NCBI GenBank assembly: GCA_965198065.1
Contig: CBDAON010000004.1
Location: 704,001-768,000 of the forward strand
Reading direction: 5' to 3'
Origin: Longimicrobiales bacterium
GTDB lineage: Bacteria > Gemmatimonadota > Gemmatimonadetes > Longimicrobiales > Gaopeijiaceae
Length of the DNA stretch: 64,000 nucleotides
Shown: one piece after another, positions 60,745-64,000 of the stretch
How the letters are laid out: the number at the start of each line of letters is the position of its first letter
Numbering within the stretch: the first letter of the stretch is position 1
Notes under the pieces: model-generated
Told to the model about the DNA's origin: nothing
What the model saw: only the letters and a program-made list of their open reading frames with translations
Database searches by the model: none
Translations under genes and position numbers: made by a program

Positions 60745-62316
60745 TCAGTGAGGCGCGTCCGTTGCCCGTCCCGCCCCGCTCTCGCCATCCGGCAACGGAA
60801 CGCTCCGTGAATCCCCAAGGATCCACGCCAGCCCCGCAGCCACACCCATCACGACCGCGGCCGCGATAAACACCTCCCGGAACGTCTCGACCTGGGCCTC
60901 CTGTACGAGCTGGAGGAACTCGGGGGACCTGAAGTCGAGCGTGCTGGCCCTCGCGTAAAAGCGGCCGAACCCATGCGACGTGAGGATGGCGGCCCCGAGG
61001 AGCATCCCGGTCATGCGAGCGAGGGTGAGCCAGGCAGCGGCAGTCGCTCGCCGGTCCTCACCCACCTGATCCAGGACCGCCGCGCTTAGGGGCGCGAGCA
61101 CGAGGCCGAAGCCGAGCCCGCCCGCGATCTGGGGAGCCGTTCGCATGAGCTGGGTCAGGTCGCGGTCCCAGGCCTGGAGGCCGAGGAACCCCACAGCCAC
61201 CAGGAGACAACCGACGACCGCCGGTCCGCGGAGCCCGATGCGTCCGCCGAGCCAGCCACCGAGGAGCGCCCCGATCGGCACGGCGGCCGTGAGGCGCATG
61301 AGCGTGAGCCCCCCGGAAAGCGCTCCCTCGGCCAGGACGAGGTTCACGAACAGGGGCACACCCATGAGGGCCGTTATGAGGCCCACGCCCACGAGGAGCA
61401 TAGTCAGGTTCGACGCGAGGACCCGACGCCCGACGAGCTCCGCGAGGCGCACCATCGGCTCCCGCCCCTCCCGCTCGACCCGACGCTCGTGGAGCACGAA
61501 TACGACGGCGAAGACCGCGGCCACGAGGAGGATCCCGCCGGTTGCGGCGAGCGGCCTTGGATTCACGGGGTCCGTCACGAGCCCGTAGGTGAGGACAGCG
61601 AGAGTAGCACCCAGGAGACCGGCCCCGCGCCAGTCGATCCTCCCGCTGCTTCGGGAGCCCCCCGCGAGCCACCAGGCCCCCAACAGGGTCGGGGCGACGA
61701 CGCCCAGGTTGATCCAGAACACCCACCGCCAGCTGAGCCAATCCGTGATGATCCCGCCCCACGCGGGACCGATCAGGGCCCCGGCCTCGGTCGCGGCCGC
61801 GATAGCGCCGAGCCCCATGAGCCGGCGCTCCGGCGGGAGTTGCTCGACCACGATCGCCATGGCGACCGGGACTACGCCTCCCCCGCCCAGCGCCTGGAGG
61901 GCGCGCGCCGCGACGATCCAGTCGAAGGTCGGCATGAGGGCCACGGACGCGCTTCCGAGCATGAAGACGACGAGCGTCGAGGCCAGAACGCGGGCCAGAC
62001 CGTAGACGTCCGCAATCCGTCCTACGATCGGGAGCGCGACGAGGTAGCCCAGGAGGTAGCCGTTCACGACCCAGGACGAGCGATAGAACTCGCTGATCGG
62101 AAGCCCCACATCCTGAATGAGGGCGGGGAGCACGACCACGATGGACGTCTGATCGCTCGCCGTGATGAAGACGCCCACGCCCACGATGAAGAGGAGGAGC
62201 CGCCCCCTGGCGGCGTCGACCCCCCCCCTCGAGAGCCATCCCGCCTGGAGCCACGGGGGGACCCGGGGCCGCGGACCGGCCGCCGCCCCCAGCCCGTCCC
62301 CTTCCCGGAGAGACAC
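60745..62316 (-). CDS. 14-TM MFS transporter, P55 (Rv1410c)-like
   Basis: DQTSIVVVLPALIQDVGLPI, YLLGYLVALPIVGRIAD, WRWVFWIN, ARMTGMLLG. Confidence 0.88.
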   Translation of the reverse strand: MSLREGDGLGAAAGPRPRVPPWLQAGWLSRGGVDAARGRLLLFIVGVGVFITASDQTSIVVVLPALIQDVGLPISEFYRSSWVVNGYLLGYLVALPIVGRIADVYGLARVLASTLVVFMLGSASVALMPTFDWIVAARALQALGGGGVVPVAMAIVVEQLPPERRLMGLGAIAAATEAGALIGPAWGGIITDWLSWRWVFWINLGVVAPTLLGAWWLAGGSRSSGRIDWRGAGLLGATLAVLTYGLVTDPVNPRPLAATGGILLVAAVFAVVFVLHERRVEREGREPMVRLAELVGRRVLASNLTMLLVGVGLITALMGVPLFVNLVLAEGALSGGLTLMRLTAAVPIGALLGGWLGGRIGLRGPAVVGCLLVAVGFLGLQAWDRDLTQLMRTAPQIAGGLGFGLVLAPLSAAVLDQVGEDRRATAAAWLTLARMTGMLLGAAILTSHGFGRFYARASTLDFRSPEFLQLVQEAQVETFREVFIAAAVVMGVAAGLAWILGDSRSVPLPDGESGAGRATDAPH

Positions 62317-62346
62317 GAATTAGCTCGGGGCGCGGGGGGACACGAA

Positions 62347-63093
62347 TCAGCTCGGAGGATCGATAGTGAAGCTCGATCCGAATTCGGAGAACGTGAGGCG
62401 TCGCACCAGGGTCTCGAGTTCCCCCTCCTGGACTCCACCCACGATCTCGAGCTGGTAAAGCACGGGGTCGGCCTCTCCGATCCAGGCGCGGACGTGGACC
62501 GCTCGGCCCGGGGCCGCCTGGGGCACCAGCCCGGCCAGCGCCTCGGACGCAACGCTCGCCTCGATCCGATGGGCCGACGTCCCATCGATCACCTCCGAGC
62601 CCACGAGCGTGGCCTCTTGGATCCCCCTCATGAGCGCAGGAACCCCGGTGGCGGGATCGAAGAACTGGGAGACTCTTATGGCCTCGGGGACCCACTGCCC
62701 CGTAAGCGGATTGGTCATCCACGACCCCTCCGGAAGCACGATGACGCCCACCTCCAGGGCCACCGGCCCCACCATGGCCTGGAGCTGGGCTTCCATGCGG
62801 TCACGGCCCACCAAACGCCCCTCCGCCCGCACCATCTGGAGACCCCGTGTGATCGTGGTCGCCCCGTTCTCGTGCTCGAGCAGGAAGGCGAAGCTCCCGA
62901 CGCTCTCCATCCGACCCGCGGCCTGCCCCAGGAGCACCACCGGATCGGGCGGCCCGGGGGGTCCCTCGGCCCCTCCGCAGGACGCGATCGCGAGCGTCGT
63001 GAGGACGAGGACGCCCGGCCGGATCCGACCCGTCGGTCGTGCCTCGGCCATTCTCGGTTGCGGTTCCGCCATGCTGGGTCGCGGCTCGGCCAT
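62347..63093 (-). CDS. LppX/LprAFG-family (LprG-like) lipoprotein
   Basis: Lipobox IASC; WMTNPLTGQW, FFDPATGV, GSEVIDG, VRAWIG, FSEFG...IDPP. Confidence 0.75.
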   Translation of the reverse strand: MAEPRPSMAEPQPRMAEARPTGRIRPGVLVLTTLAIASCGGAEGPPGPPDPVVLLGQAAGRMESVGSFAFLLEHENGATTITRGLQMVRAEGRLVGRDRMEAQLQAMVGPVALEVGVIVLPEGSWMTNPLTGQWVPEAIRVSQFFDPATGVPALMRGIQEATLVGSEVIDGTSAHRIEASVASEALAGLVPQAAPGRAVHVRAWIGEADPVLYQLEIVGGVQEGELETLVRRLTFSEFGSSFTIDPPS

Positions 63094-63100
63094 GCTCCGA

Positions 63101-64000
63101 TCACCCTCCCTCTTCCAAGACGTCTCGGGCCCGCCCGACGTCGAGCTGCATTTGACGCACGAGCGCCTCCGCAGACTCGAACGGAACCACCGGACGAAGG
63201 AACTTCACGATGTCCACACGGACCTCCTCGCCGTAGACGTCCCGATCGAAGTCCATCAGGTGGAGCTCGATTGAGGGTGCCGAGCCCTGGAAGGTGGGGC
63301 GCGGCCCGATGTGGAGCGCCCCCGGGAAGGAGCCCGACCAGAGCGCGCCCCGGACCGCGTAGATCCCGGGCGGCGGGAGGAGCTTCTCGGGGCTCCCCAC
63401 CTGGAGATTCGCCGTCGGAAAGCCGAGCGTCCGCCCCCTCCCCTCGCCCCGCACGACGATCCCCCGGATCGAGTACGGCCGACCAAGGCCGGCGCGCGCC
63501 GTCTCCATGTCCCCAGCGGAAACGGCGTTCCGGATCCGGGTGGACGAGACGGGACCGTCACCCATGTCGACAGGGCCCACGACCTCGACCCTAAACCCCA
63601 GATCCGATCCGATCTCTACTAAGGCGTTCACGTCCCCCGACCTCCCTCTCCCGAACCCATGATCGTAGCCGATCACCAGTTCCTCAACCCCCAGAAGCCC
63701 GACCAGGATCTCCTCCACGAACCGGCGCGGCGTGTAGCGGGCGAGGGCCTGCGTGAAGCGGAGGAAGACCGCAAAGTCGAGCCCGCTCTCGACCAGGATC
63801 TCCTTTTTTTCCGTGGGTGTCGTGAGGAGCTGGGGCGCCGTCTCCGGCCGCACGATCCGGAGTGGGTGGGGATGGAAGGTGACGAGGACTGTCCGGCTCC
63901 CGGTGTCTTCGGCTCGTTCACGGATGCGCTCGAGTACCGCCCAGTGGCCACGGTGTACGCCGTCGAAGGTGCCCACGGTCACGACGGTGCCCCGTCCGTC
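63101..64000 (-). CDS. ribF: Bifunctional riboflavin kinase/FAD synthetase (5' end beyond the window)
   Basis: GTFDGVHRGH, VSSTRIR, GRTLGFPTAN, GPRPTF. Confidence 0.97.
   Translation of the reverse strand, partial: DGRGTVVTVGTFDGVHRGHWAVLERIRERAEDTGSRTVLVTFHPHPLRIVRPETAPQLLTTPTEKKEILVESGLDFAVFLRFTQALARYTPRRFVEEILVGLLGVEELVIGYDHGFGRGRSGDVNALVEIGSDLGFRVEVVGPVDMGDGPVSSTRIRNAVSAGDMETARAGLGRPYSIRGIVVRGEGRGRTLGFPTANLQVGSPEKLLPPPGIYAVRGALWSGSFPGALHIGPRPTFQGSAPSIELHLMDFDRDVYGEEVRVDIVKFLRPVVPFESAEALVRQMQLDVGRARDVLEEGG

Noticed and set aside
14199..64000. Many long plus-strand and alternative-frame ORFs (e.g. 45967-48345, 30995-33010, 61489-63594, 38086-39864)
   Set aside because: Shadow ORFs of real minus-strand genes, expected at high GC; no motifs.

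Overview
High-GC bacterial DNA. Gene content and order suggest Gemmatimonadota (inference, no search run). Positions ~14.2-64 kb are an almost unbroken minus-strand housekeeping run: ribF, rpsO-pnp, M16 peptidase, dut, mreBCD-mrdA-rodA, accD-folC, hisS-proS-lysA-guaA, clpB, trxA, rsmI, a DUF4159/DUF4175 cluster, a JAB-DinG fusion, HD-GYP, valS, erpA/iscA and purN-purH. Positions ~2.07-14.1 kb are accessory: two related ~6-kb elements integrated in tandem at the anticodon loop of tRNA-Ser(TGA). Each starts with the same att-arm sequence plus a Bor/Iss-family lipoprotein but carries different cargo (TldD/TldE, hydrolase, beta-barrel; SPFH lipoprotein, IS3, DUF3500, integrase remnant). Three things stand out. 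(1) clpB is broken by a perfect 29-bp duplication around a foreign 32-bp insert, the geometry of a type I-E CRISPR unit, at a site resembling an I-E repeat; this is a candidate natural off-target Cas1-Cas2 spacer integration. (2) The tandem Bor-tagged mini-islands preserve three covarying tRNA 3' halves. (3) A mycobacterial LprG-P55-like lipoprotein/MFS pair sits between ribF and rpsO.
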